Source: Candidatus Poribacteria bacterium | GTDB taxonomy: Bacteria; Poribacteria; WGA-4E; WGA-3G | Length of the DNA stretch: 64,000 nt | Assembly: GCA_964291315.2 (NCBI GenBank) | Contig: OZ219753.1 | Span: forward strand, 704,001 to 768,000 | Direction of reading: 5' to 3' | Shown: positions 1 to 10,574 of the stretch, in pieces | Layout of the letters: each line of letters opens with the position of its first letter | Position numbering within the stretch: the first letter of the stretch is position 1 | The notes under the pieces: generated by a model | Seen by the model: the letters and a program-made list of their open reading frames with translations, nothing else | Databases searched by the model: none | What the model was told of the DNA's origin: nothing | Translations under genes and position numbers: made by a program

Positions 1-2921
1 TCAAAAAAGATCGCGCCGCGAACCACACTATAGATCGGGAAACGCAACTCCGTGTTAAAGATGAATTGCACATCGCCCCGATGGATACCTGTGATATCCT
101 CCGGCCCCAGAGAACGTTCTGCATAACCCCGAACTGTTGTACTCCCGCCGGCCCAAAACCGTTCAAAAGAGATGAGTTCGGCGCGGCGATTTGAATGTAA
201 TCCCGTGGTAACACCAAGACGTAGTGCTGTTGCTAATACAATACCTCCGAGTTTCTGGTAGTGCCGTGTATCAGTTGTGGTTTTGATGAAGCCGGTTTCG
301 CCTTGTAAAAAGCCGCCTGCGTATTCAAGTGTAATTGCGTTCAACATTCCAGCGGTCGGATTCAAATAGCGTACACGACTATCATACGTCCAAGAAAAAC
401 GCAGGCTGCTCACTGTTGTCGCGTCTTGGACTGATGTTGGGACTGGCTGGCTCAAATGCTTGTAGTTATATCGTAAATTAACGTAGTTAGCTTCGAATAG
501 CTGTCTGCTAAGGATGAAACTCCCTTGCAGGGCACGAACGTAATCGTCTATCTCTAATCGTCTTCCGGATAATTGGAGGCTGCCGCGGGTTCGTTCGATG
601 AGCCACGGTTCAGTGAGTGTAGCATCAAACAGATAGCCTAACTCATCACGCCATCCCAATCTACCACGTAAGCGCCCGCGGATGTTCCGCTTAAATAGAA
701 AGTTGCTATCAGCTACCTCTCCTGTCAGCCTAGCCCCTACTGCAGAGCTATAGCCGCCGCTAAGACTATAGGTGCGTGGCAGCTGTTTTTCTAGTTTTAT
801 TAAAACAGAATCACTCTTAAGAGAGTCGATCGGATTTTCTTTCTTTCGATTCCGTGCTGTGTTCTGTGGTATTATCTGTTCAATTCTAAGGCGCTCCGCC
901 TGAACACCACGGAAAACTCCTAAACTGTAAAGATTCTGTCGAGCGCGGTTCAACTTCTCCGATGTCCAAATCGTTCCCTCGAGATGTACCACTTCTCGAT
1001 CTAAAACGTGCTGTTTCACGACCTCTGTATCGCCCTCAAAGTAGAACTTTCCAAATGCGACCTGTTTTCCTTCTTTAACCACAGTGAGGTAGAGAACTCC
1101 GTGTTCAAAAACTTTAATGTGTTCTGCCTCCTGTATGAATGTGTAGCGCGGATTGCCATCAAAGTCTTGGAGGCTCCAACGATTACCGATATTGGCGGCT
1201 ATGAAGATATCTTCAAGTGCCAAGTTGTGTGTTTCAAACGTATCTCGGATCTTCAACGGAATCTTTCCGTCCGCAAGGAGTTCCGAAAAATTGCCGCTCA
1301 TCTGAAATATGGGTGTTTCTGTCTGTGGCAAGTACGTGTTATTAACCACAGCATCAATATAACCGAGCTCCTGATAGGCTTTTAAGACTGCGTCTTGGTA
1401 GGCATTGCGCTTTAGCGAGGTGTTCGGTTGTGGGAGTGGAAGTTCACTTTGCAAACGTCTAAGGAGCGTAGCGGTATCTAACACCTGGTTCCCATTGATG
1501 ACACATCGGTGAATCATTTCTTTTTGCTCCTCAACAATTACAATACGTATTTCAATTTCACCGATGTTTCGACGACTTGAGAGCTTTTTATCAAGCGTGG
1601 CTCTGATAGATGTTTTCGGATAACCGGCTCTCCCATACAAGAGTCTCAGACGATCGATGTCCATAGCGAGTTTTTGTTCATAAAAAAAGTGTCTCTGTTC
1701 CCGTTGGAACAACACTGTTGCAATGTGAGCTTGCAAATTCTGTAGAAACCCTTGGATTGGTTTCATCGTCATCTCGCGTAGCAACTTCGTATCCGAAAAT
1801 GCCCTATTCCCTAAGAAACTGATACTAGTGACGATATAGCGTATGCCAGGGTTAATCACCAACTGGACCTCGGAAGCCTCCACAACTTCTTCATCTACAG
1901 TGGTATCATGGTACCCTTGAGCTTTGAAATAGGATTTTATCCTGCGTTTCCACACAGCAGTGTTGGAAGTGTTGATTAGAGAAACTATATCTTTTCTGAA
2001 GGTATCTTGGTGTGACAATGGAACTTCCCCGACATCTGAAACAAACTTAAACTGAACTTGCTTGCCCTCGTTGATCTGAAATTGCAGCACACCGGTTTCA
2101 TGAGAAAAGGTCGGTACGACAGTAGTAGTCAGATAACGATTTTCTTCGTAAAGCGCTTTCAGTGCCCCCGCGTCGATATCCACAGCGGACTTGTTGTAAA
2201 CTGGAGAATGCTTGCTAAAACTACAAGCGGCATTAAGTCGATATGTGGGTATAGCGGAATTACCGAGAAATTCTAATTTGCGAATCGTGGATGCCTCCGC
2301 TAATGTTATCTGATAGATTAACGTAACGGTTGGCGAACGGGTCTCTTCTGCCTGTTGCGTAACCACTCGGGCTGGGATATCTGAAACCGTGACCTTAGCG
2401 TTAAAATATCCATAATCTTGGCACACTTGCTCGATACGGCTAATATCAGTCTCTACAATTTCAGGAACGTATGTGCCCTTTGGTTTTGTCCTCAACACTT
2501 GATTAATAGCACGTCTGAATTCTGTCTGTGGAACGCCGATAATCACAATTTCTTCAATGCGCGCAAATGGAATGAGTTGATAGGTTAAAACAATTCCAGC
2601 AGGCGTTTGCTGGGTGTAGACCTGAATCTGGGCGTATCGTTGTGTGGCGTAGAGCGTTTTAAGGCTCTGTTGGATAGCGTACCGAGACAATTTGTCTCCA
2701 ACACGTATTGCCCTCTGATTTCTGAGAATATTGAGTTGTTCTGTAGTTAAGGTTACAGGTTCCGCATCAATCCGATAGTCTATCTTTATGATGCGTTCTA
2801 CATCAGATTCAGATGCCTCATTTGCGCCAATAGATCCGAGCGGGAAACAACAGAATAATAGGACAAAACGGATCAAATTTCCGACGACGAATGTTTTGTA
2901 ATTTGCACAACCCATAAGCAT
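1..2921 (-). CDS. BamA/TamA (Omp85) family outer-membrane assembly protein, 3' end runs off the window
   Basis: Not in the ORF track (no stop in the window). Hand translation of both ends in one frame: signal-peptide-like start at ATG 2921 (MLMGCANYKTFVVGNLIRFVLLFCCFPLG) and Omp85 barrel motifs ERFWAGGSTTVRGY and NTELRFPIYSVVRGAIFF. Directly downstream of a TamB-like gene. Confidence 0.85.
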   Translation of the reverse strand, partial: MLMGCANYKTFVVGNLIRFVLLFCCFPLGSIGANEASESDVERIIKIDYRIDAEPVTLTTEQLNILRNQRAIRVGDKLSRYAIQQSLKTLYATQRYAQIQVYTQQTPAGIVLTYQLIPFARIEEIVIIGVPQTEFRRAINQVLRTKPKGTYVPEIVETDISRIEQVCQDYGYFNAKVTVSDIPARVVTQQAEETRSPTVTLIYQITLAEASTIRKLEFLGNSAIPTYRLNAACSFSKHSPVYNKSAVDIDAGALKALYEENRYLTTTVVPTFSHETGVLQFQINEGKQVQFKFVSDVGEVPLSHQDTFRKDIVSLINTSNTAVWKRRIKSYFKAQGYHDTTVDEEVVEASEVQLVINPGIRYIVTSISFLGNRAFSDTKLLREMTMKPIQGFLQNLQAHIATVLFQREQRHFFYEQKLAMDIDRLRLLYGRAGYPKTSIRATLDKKLSSRRNIGEIEIRIVIVEEQKEMIHRCVINGNQVLDTATLLRRLQSELPLPQPNTSLKRNAYQDAVLKAYQELGYIDAVVNNTYLPQTETPIFQMSGNFSELLADGKIPLKIRDTFETHNLALEDIFIAANIGNRWSLQDFDGNPRYTFIQEAEHIKVFEHGVLYLTVVKEGKQVAFGKFYFEGDTEVVKQHVLDREVVHLEGTIWTSEKLNRARQNLYSLGVFRGVQAERLRIEQIIPQNTARNRKKENPIDSLKSDSVLIKLEKQLPRTYSLSGGYSSAVGARLTGEVADSNFLFKRNIRGRLRGRLGWRDELGYLFDATLTEPWLIERTRGSLQLSGRRLEIDDYVRALQGSFILSRQLFEANYVNLRYNYKHLSQPVPTSVQDATTVSSLRFSWTYDSRVRYLNPTAGMLNAITLEYAGGFLQGETGFIKTTTDTRHYQKLGGIVLATALRLGVTTGLHSNRRAELISFERFWAGGSTTVRGYAERSLGPEDITGIHRGDVQFIFNTELRFPIYSVVRGAIFF

Positions 2922-3044
2922 TTTCTAGTTGCAGTCAGCAGTCAGTCTTCCGTTATCGTGCACTCCGTTGGGGAAAAGTTCTGAATATCAGAGGTTTGAC
3001 TGAAAGCTGAAAGGGATGACGGAGTCCGTGCGTACTATGCACCT

Positions 3045-6000
3045 TTAAAAACGTCCTTTGAACTCGATGTCGACCCCGTGTTCTCCTCGATCATTGGTCT
3101 CGATTTTAATCGACATATTGTTTGTAAGGGGGTACTCGGCGATGATAGAGCGTGCATCTTCTTCAAACGGGCGCTGGAGACTAAACGTAAGTCCGCCGAG
3201 CGTTCTGGAGAACGCAGCGTTGCGGATGAGGAATGCGATGATTTCTTCGTGTGTGAGAACCTCGGTTGTCGTTGTGGTAGGTGCGCTCAGCGTGAAGTTA
3301 GGATTATTTAGAGTGCCAGTAAATGCAGCATAAACTTGGATATCTATTATACTCTCATCTCTGGGTAGCACCCCGCGAATCCGTTCTGGGGTCCTCAGGG
3401 AAATATTTAGGTCCGGATTAAAATTGAAAGTACTCCGATTGCTAATTCTAGAACCTTCAATGAACTCAAAAGGTTGGGTGATCAATCCTATTTTCCCACT
3501 CTGTACTGACACGTTCCCACTGAAAACCGGTTGGTTGATGGGCCCAATAAGTTTGCCTAAGCAAGCGATTTCAATATCTGTTGGTCCTGTGATGGATGAA
3601 AGTACACGGAAATCGCTAGGAATATCAACATCTATATCAAGGTGCAACTCCTGCAAAATTGGGTTTGCCAATGCGACATCTGCCTCTTTTATTGAAACGC
3701 CCGTCAACCAGTCTTGGACGATTTCCCAGTTTTGCTGATAGTAACCACTGTTTATCCTCAGACTGCCCGTTAAGTACGGACGCAGCAGTTCTCCATGTAA
3801 ACGCAATTCTGCAAAATCAAGGTTTGCTTTGTACGTCTCTGGCTGTTCAAAGACCACTTCTGTAACATTGGTCGACAAATCTAGGACCGGTGGTGTCTGC
3901 CATATCTGCCTGTCTGCGGGTGCAGCGATATGTCCTTGGATCGAAAAGTTTCCATTATTCAACTTCCCTTGACATTCTGTAATGTTGGCTCCTTTTTCTG
4001 ATAAGCGAATTTCCCCTTCCATTTCCTTAACAGAAATACCGGTGTCGGGAAATTCAAGATCTATACCGTTGAAAAATACACTGCCTATCGCTTGTGGTGC
4101 CTCGATTGTGCCTGTCAGTTCGACATGAATATCACCTCTACCGGTTGCGGATCCGAGCCCCCTGACTACAAGTGGTAGCATATTGAGGTCCTTTACCTTA
4201 ACATCTAAGGTAGCGTTCATCGGGGTCTGTCGGATCTGCTGCCAAACCTTTCCTGGTATCTGTTGTAATCGCCTCAAAAAGGGAATCAATTTTAGTTGAT
4301 AGGGTATCGTCCCTGAGAAGGTCAGTAGGTTCTCACCAAACGTGATTTCAACATAACGTTTGGTTGAAATTTCCCATTTTCCATTTTGATAGCGGACCCT
4401 CCACCGAAGATCAATCGGTACATCTTGCAGGTAGAGTTCAGCAGGATCGCTTGCATGTCGTCGAAGGGTTATTTTGGGGTTTTCGCTTGTCCCGCTCAAT
4501 TGTAATGTTCCGGACAGCACACCGGTTACCCTATAAGAGGGGGGCCAGGCATCTGTTAACGCTGAGACATCAAAGTTCGCGACGCGCAGTGCTATATCGA
4601 ATTCACCATTTGTTTTCCATGTGCTGCCTGCATCAACGCTAAGCGTGGTCTGATCTGCGACTATCTGTTCTTCACCGATCAGTCCGTCGGGTTTTCTGTC
4701 CTCACTGCTAAAGGTCTGCTTGATTAAGAACGTTTCCTGATTCTGAAGGTTGAACGTATTCGCTAAAGCCGCAATCCCGTTGCTGAAGACTATCGAGGTC
4801 GGCTGCGGGTCTTGAAAATCGTAATGTCGATCGAACGCCTTAAACGCGAGCCGAACACTGTCTATTGAAAAACGTGCTGTTGAAACTGCTGCGATATTTA
4901 CAAGTGAAGGTATTTCTCGGATTTGGGGCAGCGGTATCGTCTCCATGCCTGCAAAGAAGCTGTTGAGAGGAACTATCAACGTCTCAAGCCTAGCTGTTAG
5001 ATGCCCTTGAATGTCTTCTATTGCTTCTGGTGGTAGTGCTGCTGCAACCGTTGAGCCGAGTGGGAATCGTTCAAACCGCATTGCTTTTAATCTGAATTCT
5101 TCAGGCACTAATCCGCTCAATATCAGTTGTCCCTCTTGAAGACTACCATATCCTGATCCCATCTTAAATTGGAGGGTTTTGATATTGATTACATTTTCAC
5201 GAGCCGTCAGTTGAACACTCATGTTCTGGATCGGCTCGTGGAAATTCGTCAGTACAAGCCGCTGTGCCTCGACGGATAGACTGCCCGCGATATGCGGGAC
5301 ACGACTAGTACCCTGCAGTGCCAAGTCTATATCAACAGTGCCGTCTGTCTCTGAAAAGAGTATATCAAGATTGGGGAAAAAATCCAGCGGTAGTTCCCTG
5401 CCTTGGAGGCGCAGGTTGATGGGTTCGGTGAGAAGTCTTTCGGAAATATCCATCACTGTGAAGGTCAAATCGAAGGGGATAACGCCGGTGAGAGTCAACT
5501 TTCCTAAGTTATCTTTTAACGTTATCTCACTAATTTCTATCTGTCTGCTGCTGTACTGGACATTTCCTTTCCACTCTTTTTGATTGAGGGTGCCGTTCCA
5601 CGCTGCCGTGATAGCTGGGTTCTCGAGACTGCCGCCCATACTCACGTAGAGGGCTGCGTTCATCAAAGATGATGTAATTTGTAGCTGGATTTCTACTGCG
5701 AGGGTTTCCTCATTGCCGGTAATAGATAACCCGGGATCGGATCGGAATTGGAGTGGGGCGTTATTTGTGAGATGGAGATCGTATCCATCGAGTACTAACT
5801 CATCTATTTTGCCAACCACAGTAATTTCGTGTGGTTCTAAGCTTGTGCCGCTGAGTTTAACCTCCCCGGAAGCGATACCGTAGTCTCCAATCTCCAATTG
5901 TGATGCCGATATCTCAAGTTCGAAAAGCATTGTGTCTGCCTGCTGGCGTGAGAACACGGCTTCTCCTTTGGCACGATAGGGGCCAGCCCCCATCTGTCCG

Positions 6001-9000
6001 TTTGCTTCCAGGGTTTGGATATGCACCGATTCTGCGTCTATATTAATATCTACGCGAAGTCTCTCTAGTGTGATAGATGGAATATAAGACGCGATGCGGA
6101 TCGGCTGCTGTACCGCCGTTTCAGCGTATAGTATTGCATGTGGTTCAACGATCGTCCCTCCAATTTCTAATGAGGCCTCCAACGATCCAGTTATTTCGTT
6201 GCCAGAGCTAAGTTCGTTGATAACCTCTATTGGGAAGGTGGTAAGATCAAGAGCAATTGTGTCGGCGCGGAGGTGTAGCTCTGAACGGTTGACGTTTTCG
6301 GGCTGAATATCAATGTATCCGCCGACACTTACATCGTTACCGAAAATTTTAAAAGCGCACTTTTCATCAAGTGTCAGAACATTTTCTTGATATACCATCC
6401 CGCCGCTTGCGTCACTGATGTAGATCTCTCCGATTTCTGTTTTCAATGTCAGCGTCGGAATTGCCCATTCTGCTTCGACGACCGGGAGTTCGGGGGTTCC
6501 GGTGATGTATAGCTCGTAACGGGCAGTGCTCGTCTGCAGGACTTCCTCTGGGATACCGAATGCTGCAGCGAATGGACGGAGTGCGAAGTCGTCAGTTTTA
6601 CTTCGGAGATCCATCGCCTCAGTTTTCGCGTTAAAGGTTCCTGCCAATTGAATAAAGGCGGAGTCATCTTGTGAGGTTGCTAGGCGGAGTGCCTCGATTG
6701 TCCATTTGTCATCTCTGAGGTGTAGACGAATCGGCTCTGCATTTGTGAACGGTATTTCTTGTCGTGTCGGATTTTCATAGCGAAGTTGAGAGGTAGCGAT
6801 GTAAATATCAACATCATATGGATATATCTGCTCTTTACGTGGTTCGGCGGATGTCGGTGTTGGTGCTAAGTCGGCTATCTTTCCGCGAACTGAAACATGT
6901 CCGTCAGCAGTTCCTATAATCGGGTTAAGCGTCGGATGCAAGATACGCAAAAAAGGGGCGACATCGATTCCTGTACTTTCTACTACAAAGCGGTATGGGT
7001 TGTCTGGCTCCATACTTACAGTGCCACTAATTTGGCTTGTTGCATCAAAGCCGTGTCCTTGAAAGTCATAGATATCTGCTTCGCCGGTGGTATTTTTTCG
7101 TTCTATAAGTTTACCGAGGAGGGTGGCATCGCCTAGAAGATGCTTAACGCCTCTTTGCGCGTCTAGATACGTTATATCTGAGGAGCCTAGTTCGACTCGA
7201 AAATCTGCGTCCTCCGACTGCCTTAGTGCCCCAACGAACCGGACATCGAATCCACCTTCAAAAGGAAAATCGGTTATATTTGCGGCTTTCGCAATTTCTT
7301 CAAAGCGGATCGGTGCTTCGTTTTGCAACAGAAGATCAAGCTCGCCGTTGGCAGCCACGGTAATATTCATCGTAATCTGCTGCCCGCGCGTGGTTATCTT
7401 AAAATCGGTAATGCTGATGTTATAATCTTCAATTCTCAGCGGGAGTATTAGCGGGTCTAAGTGGACCCCCCATGCTACGCTGTCAGTAACCCTGAAGTCT
7501 GCCCTACCATCGAGATGGGTGAGCGTTCCGTCTAATTTGAGTTCGCCATTGCATTTGCCGTCTATTGGGTGTTCTGCCCCTAACAATAGTTTCGGATAGT
7601 GCTGGATGTAAACAGGATCTGCCACGATGCTGAAATCAGCTGGAAAGTCGTCTTTAACCTCAACGGTCCCGTTAATCGTGGTATGACTCTTGTATTGACT
7701 TTCGGCTGCGTGCTGTTGGTTGCCGATTGTGCTTTTCGTTAGCGAGCCGTTCTCGATAAATACTTTTCCGGCTTCATAACGGTAATGGCTAGTTAAAACG
7801 CCTAGCGGTATGTTGTTAAAGGTTGCGTTTGGCACCTCTAGGGATCCTTCGAGGCTACCGCTAGATGACAATTTTGCGGACGATGTCCCGGTACCTCCGA
7901 TATCCTCGGTGTTGACGATCTGTGTCAATTTGTCGATATTGATATTCACTGCGTGAATGTCTAGGAAGTCCTGCTGCCCTAACGGGAATATGCCTGTAAC
8001 CTCAATTTCTGCCTCATCAAAATTTGCATTCGCCTTCAATTCGCCTTGTTCGATTGTGCAATTGAGCGTTGAATCTTCAATCAGAGTCCCGTTGAGTGTC
8101 GTCTCTGCTAACGTTGCTTCTCCGTGGAGCTTGAGACTTGAGAGGTTGGTGCTGTCTCCGGTGAAACTTGCCGTGCCTGAGAGATGTCCTCTGCTGTCTG
8201 ATAGGTATTCGGGAAGCTGTGCAAATATCGACAGAAACGGGAGCACCTGTATTTCTGCTGCGTGCCATTGCCCTGAGTAGATAAATGGTAGGGTTGTGAG
8301 TTGTTTGAGTTGGGCGAGTATGTTGCCTTCAGGCGTGTTTTTCAATATGATACTTCCGGATCCTGATAGCGCGCCTTCGGCGATTTTGGTGCTGAGGTTC
8401 GTCAACTCGAAAGTTGGGCTCGGTGAATGCATGAGACGCGCCTCTGCCTCTAATTCCGCCAACGCTATTTTTCGATCGTTTGCCGCGTTCGTGATGGAAA
8501 GCATAGGCATGCTTGCAACAAAGGTCTTAACATCCAAAGCAGAATTGGTGCCTTCTGCTTCCAACGTTGCTTCCAATACCCCGTCTAGTTCTATATCTTT
8601 GTCGAAAAACTGTTGGACATCTGAAACATCTAGTTCTAGATTAAGAACAGCATTCCAGGCGTTTCCATTTTCACCTTGTCTAAGATCTGCTTTAATCCTC
8701 AACTCGGATTTGCCGAATGCGAAATAAAAATTCTCTAATCTGCTCTGGTCTGCTAATAGGACGAAGTCTGCGTCGAAGTTGTTAATTGCTGTTTCGGCAC
8801 CGTTGAGTGTGAAACTTCCTTTCCCGATCCGTAATTCTCCATCATGATTCCATGTGTTGAGTTCCCCGTTCACTCGGATAGAAACGTCGCTGATGGCTAC
8901 ACGGAGATTCTGTTGGGCATCGAAGTAAGTAAACTTGCCACGATTACATCTAATATGTCCTGCAGCGAAATCAAAGAGTGAAGTATCTTGAGACTTGTTT

Positions 9001-9461
9001 GAGTCTTTAAGAATGTGTGTAAGATTTAGGCTATCGTCGGGATATCGAACAGCGTGAATCTGTGGTTCGGACACTTCCAGATTCTTTACTTCAAACCTGC
9101 GGGTTAAGAGTCTAAAAAGATTGTATTTAAGAACAACTTTCCCTGTGGAGACTATAGGTGGTTTTGGTTCATTTTCCTTTGAGATCGAAATACCCGTAAT
9201 GGTAACGCTCCCGAGTATATTTCCTTTTATTTTTCCAATGTCCACAGTATAGCCGTCTGTTAGTCGATTTCTGATTTCAGCTTCCAGTTGCCCTTCTACC
9301 CAATTCAGGAAAGCCTCTGATCGGATGAAGAAAAAGGCACCACAGATAAATACTATGCTCAAAGAAACAAATATTTTAGCGAGATTTGCGGGTCTCCAAA
9401 ACTGTCTGCTCTCGCTAACACGTTCGGTGCCGGCGTTGGATTTCCTATTCTGTTTTTCCAT
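3045..9461 (-). CDS. tamB: TamB/AsmA-like translocation and assembly module protein, 2138 aa
   Basis: N-terminal TM anchor, long beta-rich repetitive body, DUF490-like C-terminus (FTGTLNNPNFTLS...GVDIEFKGRF); adjacent to an Omp85 gene. Confidence 0.8.
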   Translation of the reverse strand: MEKQNRKSNAGTERVSESRQFWRPANLAKIFVSLSIVFICGAFFFIRSEAFLNWVEGQLEAEIRNRLTDGYTVDIGKIKGNILGSVTITGISISKENEPKPPIVSTGKVVLKYNLFRLLTRRFEVKNLEVSEPQIHAVRYPDDSLNLTHILKDSNKSQDTSLFDFAAGHIRCNRGKFTYFDAQQNLRVAISDVSIRVNGELNTWNHDGELRIGKGSFTLNGAETAINNFDADFVLLADQSRLENFYFAFGKSELRIKADLRQGENGNAWNAVLNLELDVSDVQQFFDKDIELDGVLEATLEAEGTNSALDVKTFVASMPMLSITNAANDRKIALAELEAEARLMHSPSPTFELTNLSTKIAEGALSGSGSIILKNTPEGNILAQLKQLTTLPFIYSGQWHAAEIQVLPFLSIFAQLPEYLSDSRGHLSGTASFTGDSTNLSSLKLHGEATLAETTLNGTLIEDSTLNCTIEQGELKANANFDEAEIEVTGIFPLGQQDFLDIHAVNINIDKLTQIVNTEDIGGTGTSSAKLSSSGSLEGSLEVPNATFNNIPLGVLTSHYRYEAGKVFIENGSLTKSTIGNQQHAAESQYKSHTTINGTVEVKDDFPADFSIVADPVYIQHYPKLLLGAEHPIDGKCNGELKLDGTLTHLDGRADFRVTDSVAWGVHLDPLILPLRIEDYNISITDFKITTRGQQITMNITVAANGELDLLLQNEAPIRFEEIAKAANITDFPFEGGFDVRFVGALRQSEDADFRVELGSSDITYLDAQRGVKHLLGDATLLGKLIERKNTTGEADIYDFQGHGFDATSQISGTVSMEPDNPYRFVVESTGIDVAPFLRILHPTLNPIIGTADGHVSVRGKIADLAPTPTSAEPRKEQIYPYDVDIYIATSQLRYENPTRQEIPFTNAEPIRLHLRDDKWTIEALRLATSQDDSAFIQLAGTFNAKTEAMDLRSKTDDFALRPFAAAFGIPEEVLQTSTARYELYITGTPELPVVEAEWAIPTLTLKTEIGEIYISDASGGMVYQENVLTLDEKCAFKIFGNDVSVGGYIDIQPENVNRSELHLRADTIALDLTTFPIEVINELSSGNEITGSLEASLEIGGTIVEPHAILYAETAVQQPIRIASYIPSITLERLRVDINIDAESVHIQTLEANGQMGAGPYRAKGEAVFSRQQADTMLFELEISASQLEIGDYGIASGEVKLSGTSLEPHEITVVGKIDELVLDGYDLHLTNNAPLQFRSDPGLSITGNEETLAVEIQLQITSSLMNAALYVSMGGSLENPAITAAWNGTLNQKEWKGNVQYSSRQIEISEITLKDNLGKLTLTGVIPFDLTFTVMDISERLLTEPINLRLQGRELPLDFFPNLDILFSETDGTVDIDLALQGTSRVPHIAGSLSVEAQRLVLTNFHEPIQNMSVQLTARENVINIKTLQFKMGSGYGSLQEGQLILSGLVPEEFRLKAMRFERFPLGSTVAAALPPEAIEDIQGHLTARLETLIVPLNSFFAGMETIPLPQIREIPSLVNIAAVSTARFSIDSVRLAFKAFDRHYDFQDPQPTSIVFSNGIAALANTFNLQNQETFLIKQTFSSEDRKPDGLIGEEQIVADQTTLSVDAGSTWKTNGEFDIALRVANFDVSALTDAWPPSYRVTGVLSGTLQLSGTSENPKITLRRHASDPAELYLQDVPIDLRWRVRYQNGKWEISTKRYVEITFGENLLTFSGTIPYQLKLIPFLRRLQQIPGKVWQQIRQTPMNATLDVKVKDLNMLPLVVRGLGSATGRGDIHVELTGTIEAPQAIGSVFFNGIDLEFPDTGISVKEMEGEIRLSEKGANITECQGKLNNGNFSIQGHIAAPADRQIWQTPPVLDLSTNVTEVVFEQPETYKANLDFAELRLHGELLRPYLTGSLRINSGYYQQNWEIVQDWLTGVSIKEADVALANPILQELHLDIDVDIPSDFRVLSSITGPTDIEIACLGKLIGPINQPVFSGNVSVQSGKIGLITQPFEFIEGSRISNRSTFNFNPDLNISLRTPERIRGVLPRDESIIDIQVYAAFTGTLNNPNFTLSAPTTTTTEVLTHEEIIAFLIRNAAFSRTLGGLTFSLQRPFEEDARSIIAEYPLTNNMSIKIETNDRGEHGVDIEFKGRF

Positions 9462-9559
9462 TTTCTGTTCCTTTGGCTATTCGTTATCAGCATTTAGTGC
9501 GTAGCAGTTGCTGAATTTTACTTCTGACCACAAACTGCTGATTTCCTGACGGCTGATAG

Positions 9560-10525
9560 TTATTGCTGCCTGTTTTTTGTTTGGTGTGCGGATTCTACGA
9601 TTTCCGCGATCGTCTGTTCACAGAGTCTGCCATGTTGGGGGGCATCAGCTTGCGAATCTCGGTTGAGTCTAATCCAAAGCAGATACTCAATATTTGCGAT
9701 GTCCGTATGGATCGGCGAATAGGTCAGGTGCCTTACTGTTGCGCCGAGTCTCTGTGCAATAAAAGTCTTTAGATTATTTATTGTTTCGATGTGTACCCGT
9801 TTATCAGAAACAACCCCGCCTTTTTTGACATGCACTTTCCCCGCTTCAAATTGGGGCTTGAGGAGTGCTATAATATCAAAACAGCTATCAGGTGATGTCT
9901 TGTTGTCAGTTAAATTATCTGCTTGTTGTGTGTGAGTTCCTGTCTCCACAAGCTCTTTTTGCTGGTGTCTGATATTTGACCTTTGGCCTCTGTTTTGTTG
10001 CGTGAGAAGTGTGACGACACTCGGTAGCACTGTCCGGAGAGAAATAAAAGAGACATCAATGACGGCAATAGAGATAAAGTTTTCTGCATGGTGCGATGGC
10101 GGCGTTTCTAGCTGAGACAGCGTTAAATGCCGGATGTTTGTTCGCTCGATCAGTAGGACCTGTGGGTGTGTGCGAAGTTTCCAAGCGAGTTGTCCGTAAC
10201 CAACATCAACGGCGTAGACAAATCTTGCGCCGTGTTGCAGCAGACAATCTGTGAAGCCTCCAGTCGATGCCCCGACATCTAGGGCGACACGGTCGTATAC
10301 ATCTACACCAAATGTAGATAATGCTTTTTCCATTTTGAAACCACCACGACTCACATATTTCTGTCGCGCTAGCACGACGACCTTTGCATCGTTAGGGATA
10401 CGTTGTCCCGGCTTAATACTCGGATTGCCGTTAACCGTTACCGCCCCGGCGAGTATGAGTCGTTTTGCTTGTTCTCGACTCTGCACGAATTGATGCTCTA
10501 CCAAGAAGGTGTCTATCCGTTGCAT
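9560..10525 (-). CDS. tlyA: TlyA family rRNA 2'-O-methyltransferase (S4 + FtsJ domains) with a ~40-aa insertion
   Basis: Motifs YVSRGGFKM, LDVGASTGGFTDCLLQ, DVSFISL, KPQFEAG, NIEYL; follows dxs as commonly seen. Confidence 0.93.
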   Translation of the reverse strand: MQRIDTFLVEHQFVQSREQAKRLILAGAVTVNGNPSIKPGQRIPNDAKVVVLARQKYVSRGGFKMEKALSTFGVDVYDRVALDVGASTGGFTDCLLQHGARFVYAVDVGYGQLAWKLRTHPQVLLIERTNIRHLTLSQLETPPSHHAENFISIAVIDVSFISLRTVLPSVVTLLTQQNRGQRSNIRHQQKELVETGTHTQQADNLTDNKTSPDSCFDIIALLKPQFEAGKVHVKKGGVVSDKRVHIETINNLKTFIAQRLGATVRHLTYSPIHTDIANIEYLLWIRLNRDSQADAPQHGRLCEQTIAEIVESAHQTKNRQQ

Positions 10526-10574
10526 GTTTTGTTAGTTTATAGTTCTCTAGTTTCTGCTATCCGCCGATGACGGG

